Source: Macrostomum hystrix (Eukaryota; Animalia; Platyhelminthes). Taken from it: a stretch of DNA of 64,000 nucleotides. The notes beneath the pieces were generated by a model. It had not been told where the DNA came from, did no database searches, and saw only the letters and a list, made by a program, of their open reading frames with translations. The stretch covers positions 18,352,001-18,416,000 of the forward strand of contig CATNEN010000001.1 of assembly GCA_950097015.1 (NCBI GenBank), read 5' to 3'. Both the position numbers and the translations under genes were made by a program. Below, piece by piece: positions 11,570 to 24,925 of the stretch (position 1 is its first letter; every line of letters starts with the position of its first letter).

Positions 11570-13240
11570 TTTACTACAGTTATCCCATCCTGAGTTACTC
11601 CATTATCCCTACAGTTATCCCATCCTTACTCCATTATCCCTACAGTTATCCCATCCTGTGTTACTCCATTATCCCTACAGTTATCCCATCCTGTGTTACT
11701 CCATTATCCCTACAGTTATCCCATCCTGTGTTACTCCATTATCCCTACAGTTATCCCATCCTGTGTTACTCCATTATCCCTACAGTTATCCCATCCTGTG
11801 TTACTCCATTATCCCTACAGTTATCCCATCCTGTGTTACTCCATTATCCCTACAGTTATCCCAACTTGTTCTCGCTGTGTCCCTACAGTTATCCCATCCT
11901 GTGTTACTCCAGTGTCCCTACAGTTATCCCATCCTGTGTTACTCCATTATCCCTACAGTTATCCCAACCTGTGCTACTCCATTATCCCTACAGTTATCCC
12001 ATCCTGTGCTACTCCAGTGTCCCTACAGTTATCCCATCCTGTGTTACTCCAGTGTCCCTACAGTTATCCCATCCTGTGTTACTCCAGTGTCCACACAGTT
12101 ATCCCATCCTGTGCTACTCCAGTGTCCCTACAGTTATCCCATCCTGTGCTACTCCAGTGTCCCTACAGTTATCCCATCCTGTGTTACTCCATTATCCCTA
12201 CAGTTATCCCAACTTGTTCTCGCTGTGTCCCTACAGTTATCCCATCCTGAGTTACTCCAGTGTCCCTACAGTTATCCCGTCCTCAGTTACTCCAGTGTCC
12301 CTACAGTTATCCCGTCCTCAGTTTCTCCAGTGTCCCTACAGTTATCCCATCCTGTGTTACTCCAGTGTCCCTACAGTTATCCCGTCCTCAGTTTCTCCAG
12401 TGTCCCTACAGTTATCCCATCCTGAGTTACTCCAGTGTCCCTACAGTTATCCCGTCCTGAGTTACTCCAGTGTCCCTACAGTTATCCCGTCCTCAGTTTC
12501 TCCAGTGTCCCTACAGTTATCCCATCATGTGTTACTCCAGTGTCCCTACAGTTATCCCGTCCTCAGTTTCTCCAGTGTCCCTACAGTTATCCCATCATGT
12601 GTTACTCCAGTGTCCCTACAGTTATCCCGTCCTGAGTTACTCCAGTGTCCCTACAGTTATCCCGTCCTCAGTTTCTCCAGTGTCCCTACAGTTATCCCAT
12701 CCTGTGTTACTCCAGTGTCCCTACAGTTATCCCGTCCTGAGTTACTCCAGTGTCCCTACAGTTATCCCGTCCTCAGTTTCTCCAGTGTCCCTACAGTTAT
12801 CCCGTCCTGAGTTACTCCAGTGTCCCTACAGTTATCCCGTCCTCAGTTTCTCCAGTGTCCCTACAGTTATCCCATCCTGTGTTACTCCAGTGTCCCTACA
12901 GTTATCCCATCCTGTGTTACTCCAGTGTCCCTACAGTTATCCCATCATGTGTTACTCCAGTGTCCCTACAGTTATCCCGTCCTGAGTTACTCCAGTGTCC
13001 CTACAGTTATCCCATCCTGTGTTACTCCAGTGTCCCTACAGTTATCCCATCATGTGTTACTCCAGTGTCCCTACAGTTATCCCGTCCTGAGTTACTCCAG
13101 TGTCCCTACAGTTATCCCGTCCTCAGTTTCTCCAGTGTCCCTACAGTTATCCCATCCTGTGTTACTCCAGTGTCCCTACAGTTATCCCATCCTGTGTTAC
13201 TCCAGTGTCCCTACAGTTATCCCAACTTGTTCTTGCTGTG
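11570..13240. repeat. 35-bp minisatellite, ~47 copies
   Basis: Unit CCCTACAGTTATCCCATCCTGTGTTACTCCAGTGT with ordered variants. Confidence 0.96.
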
Positions 13241-13767
13241 TCCCCATAGTGTCTTCAGACACTAACATGCATGCAGGGTTATTGCTTGAATTATCCCTCC
13301 CTTAAAGAGCCACAGACCTAAAAGTGCAAAGCAAAACAAGCTTGGCAGTCAAGTAAAGAGGCGCACAGGTTGTGTGTCGCACCTGGCTATTTATGGCGCA
13401 TGTTTATTGCTGTCGTCACAGTAATGTCAGGGGTCTACAATGAACCACAAAACTTTAGGCGAAACACAGACACACAGCTGTATGCAGCAAATGCAGCACT
13501 GATGCATCTAGCAGCTTCACCTGAACAAATGTGTCCTACAATGATGAAAATGTCAAATTCCTCGCTCGGAATTGGAATCTGCACTGACTGGTTAAACTTT
13601 TGTCTGTGCAAAAGCTTCACTCTTTTCTTGATAATCCTGGATGATTATTAATTTATCATTTTTGCGAATTTTATATTATCGCGTTTTTTATTCTCGGAAA
13701 TCACGCTTTACTAAACTTATTACAAACCATTTTTTTCAAACAACAAATGTACTTCATTGTTGACGAG

Positions 13768-13925
13768 AAGCTTGACATTATTCAAGAGGTCTCACATGAT
13801 GCAGAAAAACATTGAAGGATTAGAAAGAATACAGAGCAGTTGGTCCGCAGACACATGGTAGCACAAGCTTGACATTATTCAAGAGGTCTCACATGATGCA
13901 GAAAAACATTGAAAGATTAGAAAGA
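13768..13925 (-). repeat. ~1.6 inverted copies of the 97-bp satellite unit
   Basis: AAGCTTGACATTATTCAAGAGGTCTCACATGATGCAG... is the reverse complement of the 4517-6737 unit. It joins the 35-bp array through (GAAA)n. Confidence 0.95.
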
Positions 13926-13946
13926 AAGAAAGAAAGAAAGAAGAAA

Positions 13947-16900
13947 GACTGAGGACGGGATAACTGTAGGGACACTGGAGTAACTCAGGACGGGATAACT
14001 GTAGGGACACTGGAGTAACACAGGATGGGATAACTGTAGGGACACTGGAGAAACTGAGGACGGGATAACTGTAGGGACACTGGAGTAACTCAGGACGGGA
14101 TAACTGTAGGGACACTGGAGTAACACATGATGGGATAACTGTAGGGACACTGGAGAAACTGAGGACGGGATAACTGTAGGGACACTGGAGTAACACATGA
14201 TGGGATAACTGTAGGGACACTGGAGAAACTGAGGACGGGATAACTGTAGGGACACTGGAGTAACTGAGGACGGGATAACTGTAGGGACACTGGAGTAACT
14301 CAGGATGGGATAACTGTAGGGACACTGGAGAAACTGAGGACGGGATAACTGTAGGGACACTGGAGTAACACAGGATGGGATAACTGTAGGGACACTGGAG
14401 AAACTGAGGACGGGATAACTGTAGGGACACTGGAGTAACTGAGGACGGGATAACTGTAGGGACACTGGAGTAACTCAGGATGGGATAACTGTAGGGACAC
14501 AGCGAGAACAAGTTGGGATAACTGTAGGGATAATGGAGTAACACAGGATGGGATAACTGTAGGGACACTGGAGTAGCACAGGATGGGATAACTGTAGGGA
14601 CACTGGAGTAGCACAGGATGGGATAACTGTGTGGACACTGGAGTAACACAGGATGGGATAACTGTAGGGACACTGGAGTAACACAGGATGGGATAACTGT
14701 AGGGACACTGGAGTAGCACAGGATGGGATAACTGTAGGGATAATGGAGTAGCACAGGTTGGGATAACTGTAGGGATAATGGAGTAACACAGGATGGGATA
14801 ACTGTAGGGACACTGGAGTAACACAGGATGGGATAACTGTAGGGACACAGCGAGAACAAGTTGGGATAACTGTAGGGATAATGGAGTAACACAGGATGGG
14901 ATAACTGTAGGGATAATGGAGTAACACAGGATGGGATAACTGTAGGGATAATGGAGTAACACAGGATGGGATAACTGTAGGGATAATGGAGTAAGGATGG
15001 GATAACTGTAGGGATAATGGAGTAACTCAGGATGGGATAACTGTAGTAAACTGGATAGATGAAAATGAGGCAAAAACCTTAGAGAATGTGATAAAAGTGA
15101 GCTATCAGTTAGAGTAAGTTAGAGATATTTTTGTCTGGGGAATAAACTTCTGCTCAGCGCTTCATTTATCTTGCGGTCTTGCCCTTAGCAACTGGAATCC
15201 CAATCTAAAGGATTATCAGATAATATTGCCTTATACCTTGCTATCAGTTCAGTTCGTATGCCAATGAATTATTGAGCATAAAATATAGATTCCGCAGATG
15301 GACATTGAGAAAGCATTAGGGATAGAAAAAAATTAATGCTAGTCTAGGCAATAGATTTTTCAACCGCGTGAATTTATAGTTCGGATAGCATTGATCCTTG
15401 AGTTGGTGCAAACTTTATCCAGGATAAAAAACTAAGGATCCTTAGTAATTTTTCGTTTAACTGTACTCTAATCAACAAGAACGAATACAAATTGTTCCCT
15501 TGAGCTTAACAAAAGAATACTAGTTTGCAAATTTAAAAAGGTATCTGCTTAAAGGTCTTTTGAAACTACAGTCAATTATCGCTATATATCCGTTTCGCTT
15601 TCTTCCTATGTTCCTCTCACTCTCTCCCTCTTCCCACTCTCCCCTTTCTCCTCCCACTCTCCCCTTTCTCCTCCCACTCTCCCATCTCTCCTCTCACTCT
15701 CTCCCTCCTCCCACTCTCCCCTCTCGCCTCCCACTCTCCCTTTTCTCCTCCCACTCTCCTATCTCTCCTCCCACTCTCCCTTTTCTCCTCCCACTCTCCC
15801 ATCTCTCCTCTCACTCTCTCCCTCCTCCCACTCTCCCATCTGGCCTCCCACTCTCCCTTTTCTCCTCCCACTCTCCCATCTCTCCTCCCGTTCTCCCCTC
15901 TCTCCTCCCACTCTCCCCTCTCTCCTCCCACTCTCCCCTCTCTCCTCCCACTCTCCCCTCTCTCCTCCCACTCTCCCCTCTCTCCTCCCACTCTCCCATC
16001 TGGCCTCCCACTCTCACTCTCCCTTTTCTCCTCCCACTCTCCCATCTCTCCTCCCGCTCTCCCCTCTCTCCTCCTGCTCTCCCCTCTCTCCTCCCACTCC
16101 CCCTCTCTCCTCCCACTCTCCCCTCTCTCCTCCCACTCTCCCCTCTCTCCTCCCACTCTCCCCTCTCTCCTCCCACTCTCCCCTCTCTCCTCCCACTCTC
16201 CCCTCTCTCCTCCCTATCTCCCAGTCTTCTGGACGCTATCATGCCGAATCGAAAGTTCCCAGGCCGCGACGATTCTGATTGGTTGAAAGCTGCTATTTCG
16301 CAAGGGAGCAAACAAACCTTTTAGAAGTCATATTATATGACTGTCTTCGAAGAGAAATGTGCAACTACACCAGACGGACAGTTCGCACAGTCCCCAGCCA
16401 GATAGGCAAGTCATGCTCACCAGATCTTTCCAGTCGGCACCGCAGATTTATTCGGCCAATTATGAGCTGGCGGACAATATGAGTCCGGCAGCTCCTCCTT
16501 CAGCAGGCACTCGACAGCCGAGGCGTCATGTTCTGGTGTCAACCGCTGCGCCTCATCATCATCTTCATTATCCTCACCACCGGCATTATCCGCCAGGTGT
16601 TCCGGGCAGTTATCAGCCGCCAACATTGTTTGGCACAATGGCCGCTGTTGGCTTCTTTGCCATGTCGATGGGATTCACTCTGAGCATCTGCTCCTTCATT
16701 GTCTTCAGCACATCGTGAGTGACAAGGGCTAGCAGAGTGACAGTAGCTAGCAGAGTGACAGTAGCTAGCAGAGTGACAGTAGCTAGCAGAGTGACAGTAG
16801 CTAGCAGAGTGACAGTAGCTAGCAGAGTGACAGTAGCTAGCAGAGTGACAGTAGCTAGCAGAGTGACAGTAGCTAGCAGAGTGACAGTAGCTAGCAGAGT

Positions 16901-19410
16901 GACAGTAGCTAGCAGAGTGACAGTAGCTAGCAGAGTGACAGTAGCTAGCAGAGTGACAGTAGCTAGCAGAGTGACAGTAGCTAGCAGAGTGACAGTAGCT
17001 AGCAGAGTGACAGTAGCTAGCAGAGTGACAGTAGCTAGCAGAGTGACAGTAGCTAGCAGAGTGACAGTAGCTAGCAGAGTGACAGTAGCTAGCAGAGTGA
17101 CAGTAGCTAGCAGAGTGACAGTAGCTAGCAGAGTGACAGTAGCTAGCAGAGTGACAGTAGCTAGCAGAGTGACAGTAGCTAGCAGAGTGACAGTAGCTAG
17201 CAGAGTGACAGTAGCTATTTATTGATATCTGGATGTGAATTTCTCGGAACAATTATATCAGGCCAATGGAACCTGGCTCGTATGGACCTGCCAATATAAA
17301 ATACACTGGAGACATTGCAGCTTGTCTCCCATCCTTTTTAGGCAAAAACTTTTAGGCAAAAGTTTCTGGCCCTTTGCGTGTGATCAAATTTTGAGCACAC
17401 TGACATTCCTTCCTCTTCTGTCCTCCCCCTCTATGCTCAAGGATGTGTCCGTCGTTTGTGTGCTCAAAGTATTCATTCTCTGGCAAACGCATCGAAACTC
17501 TCCTTAAGCCGATGTCCAAGTGTTTAAGAACTGGGGTTGGCAGAGTAAACATGTGCCATTTGTTTACCTAATATTTCAATCCAGCTTTTCTCCGTCAAAA
17601 GCAACCTGTCAAATGCATTACTAAGCTATGCAAGCTATGTGGGGTAGATGGCCTACAATGGCCTACTCAGGGATCAAATGAGAAGCTGCAGTGGCCTACT
17701 CAGGGATCAGATGAGAAGCTGCAATGGCCTACTCAGGGATCAAATGAGAAGCTGCAGTGGCCTACTCAGGAATCAGATGAGAAGCTGCAGTGGCCTACTC
17801 AGGGATCAAATGAGAAGCTGCAGTGGCCTACTCAGGGATCAAATGAGAAGCTGCAGTGGCCTACTCAGGGATCAGATGAGAAGCTGCAGTGGCCTACTCA
17901 GGGATCAGATGAGAAGCTGCAGTGGCCTACTCAGGGATCAAATGAGAAGCTGCAGTGGCCTACTCAGGGATCAGATGAGAAGCTGCAGTGGCCTACTCAG
18001 GGATCAAATGAGAAGCTGCAATGGCCTACTCAGGAATCAGATGAGAAGCTGCAGTGGCCTACTCAGGGATCAGATGAGAAGCTGCAGTGGCCTACTCAGG
18101 GATCAGATGAGAAGCTGCAGTGGCCTACTCAGGGATCAGATGAGAAGCTGCAGTGGCCTACTCAGGGATCAGATGAGAAGCTGCAGTGGCCTACTCAGGG
18201 ATCAGATGAGAAGCTGCAGTGGCCTACTCAGGGATCAGATGAGAAGCTGCAGTGGCCTACTCAGGGATCAGATGAGAAGCTGCAGTGGCCTACTCAGGGA
18301 TCAGATGAGAAGCTGCAGTGGCCTACTCAGGAATCAGATGAGAAGCTGCAGTGGCCTACTCAGGGATCAGATGAGAAGCTGCAGTGGCCTACTCAGGGAT
18401 CAGATGAGAAGCTGCAGTGGCCTACTCAGGGATCAGATGAGAAGCTGCAGTGGCCTACTCAGGGATCAGATGAGAAGCTGCAGTGGCCTACTCAGGGATC
18501 AGATGAGAAGCTGCAGTGGCCTACTCAGGAATCAGATGAGAAGCTGCAGTGGCCTACTCAGGGATCAGATGAGAAGCTGCAGTGGCCTACTCAGGGATCA
18601 AATGAGAAGCTGCAATGGCCTACTCAGGGATCAGATGAGAAGCTGCAGTGGCCTACTCAGGAATCAGATGAGAAGCTGCAGTGGCCTACTCAGGGATCAG
18701 ATGAGAAGCTGCTCATCTAGAATGATGAGGCCATGACTGAATCTGGCTGTGACATGAACTCCCAACGCACTCAAATCCTCAACTGTACAATTCGAAAAGT
18801 TTTCTTCATCGTCTTCTTCTCGCGAACAAAATGAATTTCTAACTTTCTGGCCCCTTCCTGTCTGCCCGCTCTGACTGTCCGGCTCCCTTTATGATGATTA
18901 AATTCTTGCCGGCTCCGCTTCTTAAGCCTCTAAAGCAATCATCTTGTTGGACCGAGTCCCAGACTACCAACAACTCGGTCCAGGTCAGGGCGGGGCACCC
19001 AGGACAGGCCAAATCCACTCTAGATTGCATGCCAGACTGGGGGGAGAGAGTCGGGAGACAATCTCATCTGAAAGATCCCTAGAACTAGATTGGGATTAGT
19101 CCGCTAGTCCTGTTCTATCCGGATAGAGTTATTCGATGCTTTTTTATAGAACTGACTAAAGACAATAATAAAACTTTCCTTTCGGGAAGTTAAAAAATTG
19201 AAGATTTTCAACCAAGCACTTCTCCAGTCCCGATTTTTTTATTTCCTCTCTTCCTTCCTTTCTCCCTTTCTCTCTCTCCCCTCTCTCCTCCCACTCTCGC
19301 CATCCCCTCTCTCTCCCCTTCCTCTTTCTCTCCCCTTCCGCTCTCTCTCCCCTTCCGCTCTCTCTCCCCATCCCCTCTCTCTCCCCTTCCGCTCTCTCTC
19401 CCCTTCCTCT
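13947..19410 (+). repeat. Right arm of large inverted duplication, containing the 35-bp array 13947-15050, CT-rich array ~15615-16222, 18-bp array 16729-17216, 33-bp array ~17655-18712 and CT-rich array ~19250-19410
   Basis: Reverse complement of the left arm, with different array copy numbers and a few substitutions and indels. Confidence 0.95.
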
Positions 19411-22400
19411 CTTCACCTGTCTCCCTAAGATTTTCAGGATTGATGAAAATCCACGCTTGAATGCGCGCAGCCAGGAGTTTACTTGCTGGAAATTGGGAAT
19501 CAAAATGAGATAAGTGAGCAAAGCAATTCAACCGAGCAGAGAGCTATGCTCCCTGGCCGAGCAGTTCATTAGCAGTTATGTCATGCGATAAGAAAATGAA
19601 TTACTGAGCCAATCTTCTTAGGCTAGCCTGTTAGAGAAAGCACTCACTGCCGTATGGGGGACACGGGATTGAGAATAATTGGCTTAGATAGCAGACAAGC
19701 AGATAACAAGTCTCGTTACCGAGAAGGTCACGCTGAGAACTTTTTGAAATCACTTATTTCTAGGAAATAATTTGTTACATCCTACAAAATAATTAAATCG
19801 CTCGTAAAATAAGACAGAACCAGTAAATAACGTATGGGATTATACCATATAAAATGTGTATTTCATTCCATATAAAATACCTTATTCTAACCGATATGTA
19901 TCGAAACTATAAAAAACTTTGCCATGCATCTTGATTCTCACCCGATATGTATAGAAAACTTTTGCATAACATGTTTCTGCCCAATAAAAAACAAAGCAAA
20001 GGACGTTCTATCTTGTGAATAACAAAACTTCTGTGCTCACACGTTTCACTCAACTGACAGTCTATCCGCTGAGACCGATCCGATATGTATCGAAAAGCCT
20101 ATCCGAAAAAAAGAAGAAAAACCTTTTCAATATTTATAAAATCTATCCTATATGAATCGAAAACCTATCCAATATGTATTAAAATATCTATCTGACTCGA
20201 ATCGAAAGTCTATCCGATATGTATGGAAAAATATATCCGACTGAATCGAAAGTCTATCCGATATGTACCGACACAGTTACAGCAAGTTTAATTGTTTGAT
20301 CGCGCAAAGCAATTTTGAATTATACTCTTAGAAAATGATACACATTGAATTGTTAAGTGCCAATCTGTTAGTGCCAATTATAGATCTACAATAGCGCAAT
20401 GACCCCTCACCTCTTTCCACTGCCCACAGACGGTTCTGGGCCAGCGCCCTCGGTAGAGCCGGTCTCGTTCTGCTCGGCCTCGGCTCCCTGCTGCTCACAG
20501 CCTCCGTGCTGCATCACTGCTGCAAGCCCGACACCCGGAAACTGGTTCGTGCGGGACAATCACGGCCTCTCCCCCACCCGGTCTCACCTCTCACACTTGC
20601 TCTCACAATCTCACATCCTGTCTCATACTGTCTCACCCTGTCTCATCCTGTGTCATACTGTCTCACCCTGTCTCATCCTGTGTCATACTGTCTCACCCTG
20701 TCTCATCCTGTGTCATACTGTCTCACCCTGTCTCATTCTGTGTCATACTGTCTCACCCTGTCTCATCCTGTGTCATACTGTCTCACCCTGTCTCATCCTG
20801 TGTCATACTGTCTAATACTGTCTCACCCTGTCTCACCCTATCTCACCCTGTCTCACCCTGTCTCATCCTGTCTCACCCTGTCTCACCCTGTCTCACACTG
20901 TCTCATCCTGTCTCACACTGTCTCATACTGTCTCACCCTGTCTCATCCTGTCTCACCCGGTCTCACCCTGTCTCACACTGTCTCATCCTGTCTCACCCTG
21001 TCTCACCCTGTCTCACCTTGTCTCATCCTGTGTCATACTGTCTCACCCTGTCTCACCCTGTCTCATACTGTCTCACCCTGTCTCATCCTGTCTCACCCTG
21101 TCTCACCCTGTCTCACACTGTCTCATCCTGTCTCACACTGTCTCACCCTGTCTCACCCTGTCTCATACTGTCTCACCCTGTCTCACCCTGTCTCACCCTG
21201 TCTCATTCTGTCTCACCCTGTCTCACCCTGTCTCATACTGTCTCACCCTGTCTCATCCTGTCTCACCCTGTCTCATACTGTCTCACCCTGTCTCATTCTG
21301 TGTCACCCTTTCTCACCCTGTCTCACCCTGTCTCACACTGTCTCACCCTGTCTCATCCTGTCTCACCCTGTCTCACCCTGTCTCATACTGTCTCACCCTG
21401 TCTCATTCTGTCTCACCCTTTCTCACCCTGTCTCACCCTGTCTCACACTGTCTCACCCTGTCTCATCCTGTCTCACCCTGTCTCACCCTGTCTCACCCTG
21501 TCTCATTCTGTCTCACCCTGTCTCACCCTGTCTCATACTGTCTCACCCTGTCTCATCCTGTCTCACCCTGTCTCATACTGTCTCACCCTGTCTCATTCTG
21601 TCTCACCCTTTCTCATCCTGTCTCACCCTGTCTCACCCTGTCTCACACTGTCTCATACTGTCTCACCCTGTCTCACCCTGTCTCATCCTGTCTCACCCTG
21701 TCTCATCCTGTCTCACCCTGTCTCACCCTGTCTCACCCTGTCTCACCCTGTCTCACCCTGTCTCACCCTGTCTCACCCTGTCTCATACTGTCTCACCCTG
21801 TCTCATCCTGTCTCACCCTGTCTCATACTGTCTCACCCTGTCTCATTCTGTCTCACCCTTTCTCACCCTGTCTCACCCTGTCTCACACTGTCTCACCCTG
21901 TCTCATCCTGTCTCACCCTGTCTCACCCTGTCTCACACTGTCTCATACTGTCTCACCCTGTCTCACCCTGTCTCACCCTGTCTCACCCTGTCTCATCCTG
22001 TCTCACCCTGTCTCACCCTGTCTCACCCTGTCTCACCCTGTCTCACCCTGTCTCACCCTGTCTCACCCTGTCTCACCCTGTCTCACCCTGTCTCACCCTG
22101 TCTCACACTGTCTCACCCTGTCTCACCCTGTATCACCCTGTCTCACCCTGTCTCATCCGTCGCATCCTGTCTCACACTGTCTCACCCTGTCTCATCCTGT
22201 CTCACCCTGTCTCACCCTGTCTCACACTGTCTCATACTGTCTCACCCTGTCTCACCCTGTCTCACCCTGTCTCACCCTGTCTCATCATGTCTCACCCTGT
22301 CTCACCCTGTCTCACCCTGTCTCACCCTGTCTCACCCTGTCTCACCCTTTCTCACCCTATCTCACCCTGTCTCACCCTGTCTCACCCTGTCTCACACTGT

Positions 22401-23691
22401 CTCACCCTGTCTCACCCTGTATCACCCTGTCTCACCCTGTCTCATCCGTCGCATCCTGTCTCACACTGTCTCACCCTGTCTCACCCTGTCTCAAACTGTC
22501 TCATCCTGTCTTACTCTCTCCCCAACTTCCAACATAAGCAGTAGTTCATAAGTTTGTCCCACAGTACAAGCAAACCCTGCAATGGGTAGGGATATAATCA
22601 GACTGTCTATCCATCGTGGGGCTAACAGTCTAGATGAATTTTCTTCCCAAACATGTCCCCCCTGATGCTTAGAAATCGATTTTAATGCATGCCAGCTTCG
22701 CAGCGACTGCAGAAACTGCCCAAATTATTGACTGCACAACAGCTGGAAAAAACACTTCAACTGCGAGCTGACTGCAGAAATCCCAGTTGACGCAAACGTA
22801 AATGCAAAAATTGCTGTTTGCAAATATTGTCGAAAATAAAACTTTAAGAAAATAGTCCATATTATCGATTTTTTAGACAAAATTCCTTATCAATATAACT
22901 TTCCCCTTCCGATCTAGATTACGTCTATAGCCAAAAATTGCATTCTATCGCCCCTTCTCTGTGATTCTATTCTATTTCATGTCTTGAAATCCCACAACTC
23001 TATCCCATATCTATTTCTATCCAATTCTATTTGCTATCTCTCAATTCTATTCCATATCTCATTCCAATTCTATTCCATATCTCTATCCAATTCTATTCCA
23101 TATCTCTATCCAATTCTATTCCATATCTCTATCCAATTCTATTCCATATCTCTATCCAATTCTATTCCATATCTCTATCCAATTCTATTCCATATCTCTA
23201 TCCAATTCTATCCCCCATCCCCTGCCTCTCCGATTAAATGCCCTGTCATGTCAAGTCACATCAGCGTCATTTCATGCAGCTCTTTTTTCCAGACAAAATT
23301 CGAACACTTCAACGCAGAAGAAAATAATTTTCTATCGCTTGCTTGTCGCGCCATTCTTTTGCGAGTAATTAACCCTCATAATTAATTGCGTGAAATTTTT
23401 CCGCAGCTCTTGAGGCGTTTCGATCGCGTCAGGACCTCCTGCGCCCTCTGCTGCCGGAGGGCCCGACGAGTCTGCTGCCCAGTTGGCGCATCCGGGGGCT
23501 CACTCTCGCTCCGTCGCCGGCACCTGGGTCACCTGGATTGCGACAGCCAGGAACACCTGAGCATGCAGGATGACAGTCCTGTCAGGCATCCCCACGTCAA
23601 TGATGACGTCAATTCAGAAGCCGATCGAGCTGCGGAACAGAGCCACGGATTATTGAAGGCTGCTGAACATTGTGACTGTGCGGAGGTGTGA
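16413..23691 (+). CDS. Tentative orphan two-transmembrane protein; candidate exons 16413-16714, 17442-17535, 18927-18983, 19430-~19513, 20430-20544, 23407-23691
   Basis: GC-rich islands bounded by AG/GT signals. Exon 1 ends in the hydrophobic TLFGTMAAVGFFAMSMGFTLSICSFIVFSTS|gtgagt. Exons 2-4 join in frame and are Cys-containing. Exon 5 encodes RFWASALGRAGLVLLGLGSLLLTASVLHHCC, and exon 6 a Cys/Arg-rich then acidic tail. The exon 4-5 junction is unresolved: there is a TAA before the gtgagc donor, and a weak gtttac donor would restore the frame. Confidence 0.45.
19885..20272. repeat. Dispersed degenerate ~19-bp motif (TATCCGATATGTATCGAAA), ~7 copies
   Basis: The motif recurs near 19890, 19942, 20078, 20146, 20166, 20211 and 20255. 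Confidence 0.7.
20580..22510. repeat. 10-bp microsatellite (TCTCACCCTG)n, ~190 copies
   Basis: Tandem copies with variants CAT/CAC/TAC. Confidence 0.97.
22995..23212. repeat. 23-bp minisatellite (CCAATTCTATTCCATATCTCTAT)n
   Basis: Tandem copies. Confidence 0.9.
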
Positions 23692-24925
23692 CTATTTAAA
23701 TTTGACTTTTTTGTCAATTATGTTTCATACCTGTTTTATATTGTAATGATACATCGAGCATGTCACCTACATGTCACCTCATATGTATTATAAAAAAGAG
23801 AGGGATATGTTATGACTGTGCGATTTCATATACTAAAATAAACATAGCTTTAGATAGCATATTTCTAATTAGTTAGGTTTCTTACTGTTCTAAACAGAAC
23901 GTAAACCGTATCCGTTATTCGTGATGCATTTTGATCTTATGCACAAATGTGCGTGTACAAAGCAAAATTTTGCCTATTATCGGTGATTTTGAAACGCATC
24001 CGTTGACTAATTTCGTTCTCTACATAATGTGTTGAATTTTGTGTCGAAATATGTCTACATAGTATCTCTTTTAAGTATTCAATGCCATCCATTTATACCT
24101 AACTCGCGAGCATTGGTTTTGACTCTAACCTTTATAATTGCTAATTTATTGACATGCTTTGAAATGGAATATATAATTTTTTTTAAATTAAATATAAACA
24201 AACATTTATATGTTACGTGGTTTAATGTTCGCACAACATTCTTAATCACGGAAATGATTCGAGAATGCGAGCTTTAGTTTGATCGCAATAGATTTTAAAA
24301 CAACGAGTTACATCGTTGCTTAAAACATCAACTACAGTTTAGTTGTTTTGGAGTTTAACTTGCTCCGGACCGATGTTTTTTTAAACTACGGAGTTAAGCA
24401 ACGTGTTCAGAGCAGCGATGACAATAATAGTGAGCTCAAAGGCTTGCAGAAGTTTATAAATTTTTCCTAAATTAGTACGTTTTTGTGTGTATAATGACGT
24501 TTGAAGAAGTAACTTTTGTTTATTTACTAACTTAAAAATAGGGCCCGACTTTGAACTTTACTTTTTCCGCGAAAATAGTTTGATTTAAATATCGTTTTAT
24601 CAATGCTTACTGTACTCATTAGTTATACAGATTTTTCCAATAAAACTTTGCATTAGCTTTCAATTTCAAGTTAAACTACTCTAACTACTCGGGTAGCTAA
24701 AAATACAAACGTAAGGGCTTGGAAAAGAGAAATTACTCGCTTGATTTGAATCAGTCAGGGATGAAATAAACATTCTGAAAGGGTCTAACCTAGTCGTAGC
24801 TACTTGATTTTTTAATTTTAGAAGGTAATTTCTAGAAGGTAGAAAGAACATTTCTTTGCATCCCGATTTTCGGGCCGCAATACACAACGGATTGCTGATA
24901 TAGACTAATTAGCTGCTAATTTAAC

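Larger units (their letters stand above)
6738..13240 (-). repeat. Left arm of large inverted duplication
   Basis: Unique segments are reverse complements of the right arm: 7765-7956 vs 18891-19082, 9026-9226 vs 17352-17552, 9860-10219 vs 16359-16718, and ~11060-11570 vs ~15050-15560. Confidence 0.95.

Noticed and set aside
6660-22551. Many long low-complexity ORFs (GRES, QWPTQGS, SYCHSA, YPYS and SHPV repeats)
   Set aside because: They are translations of stop-free minisatellites, open in several frames and on both strands.
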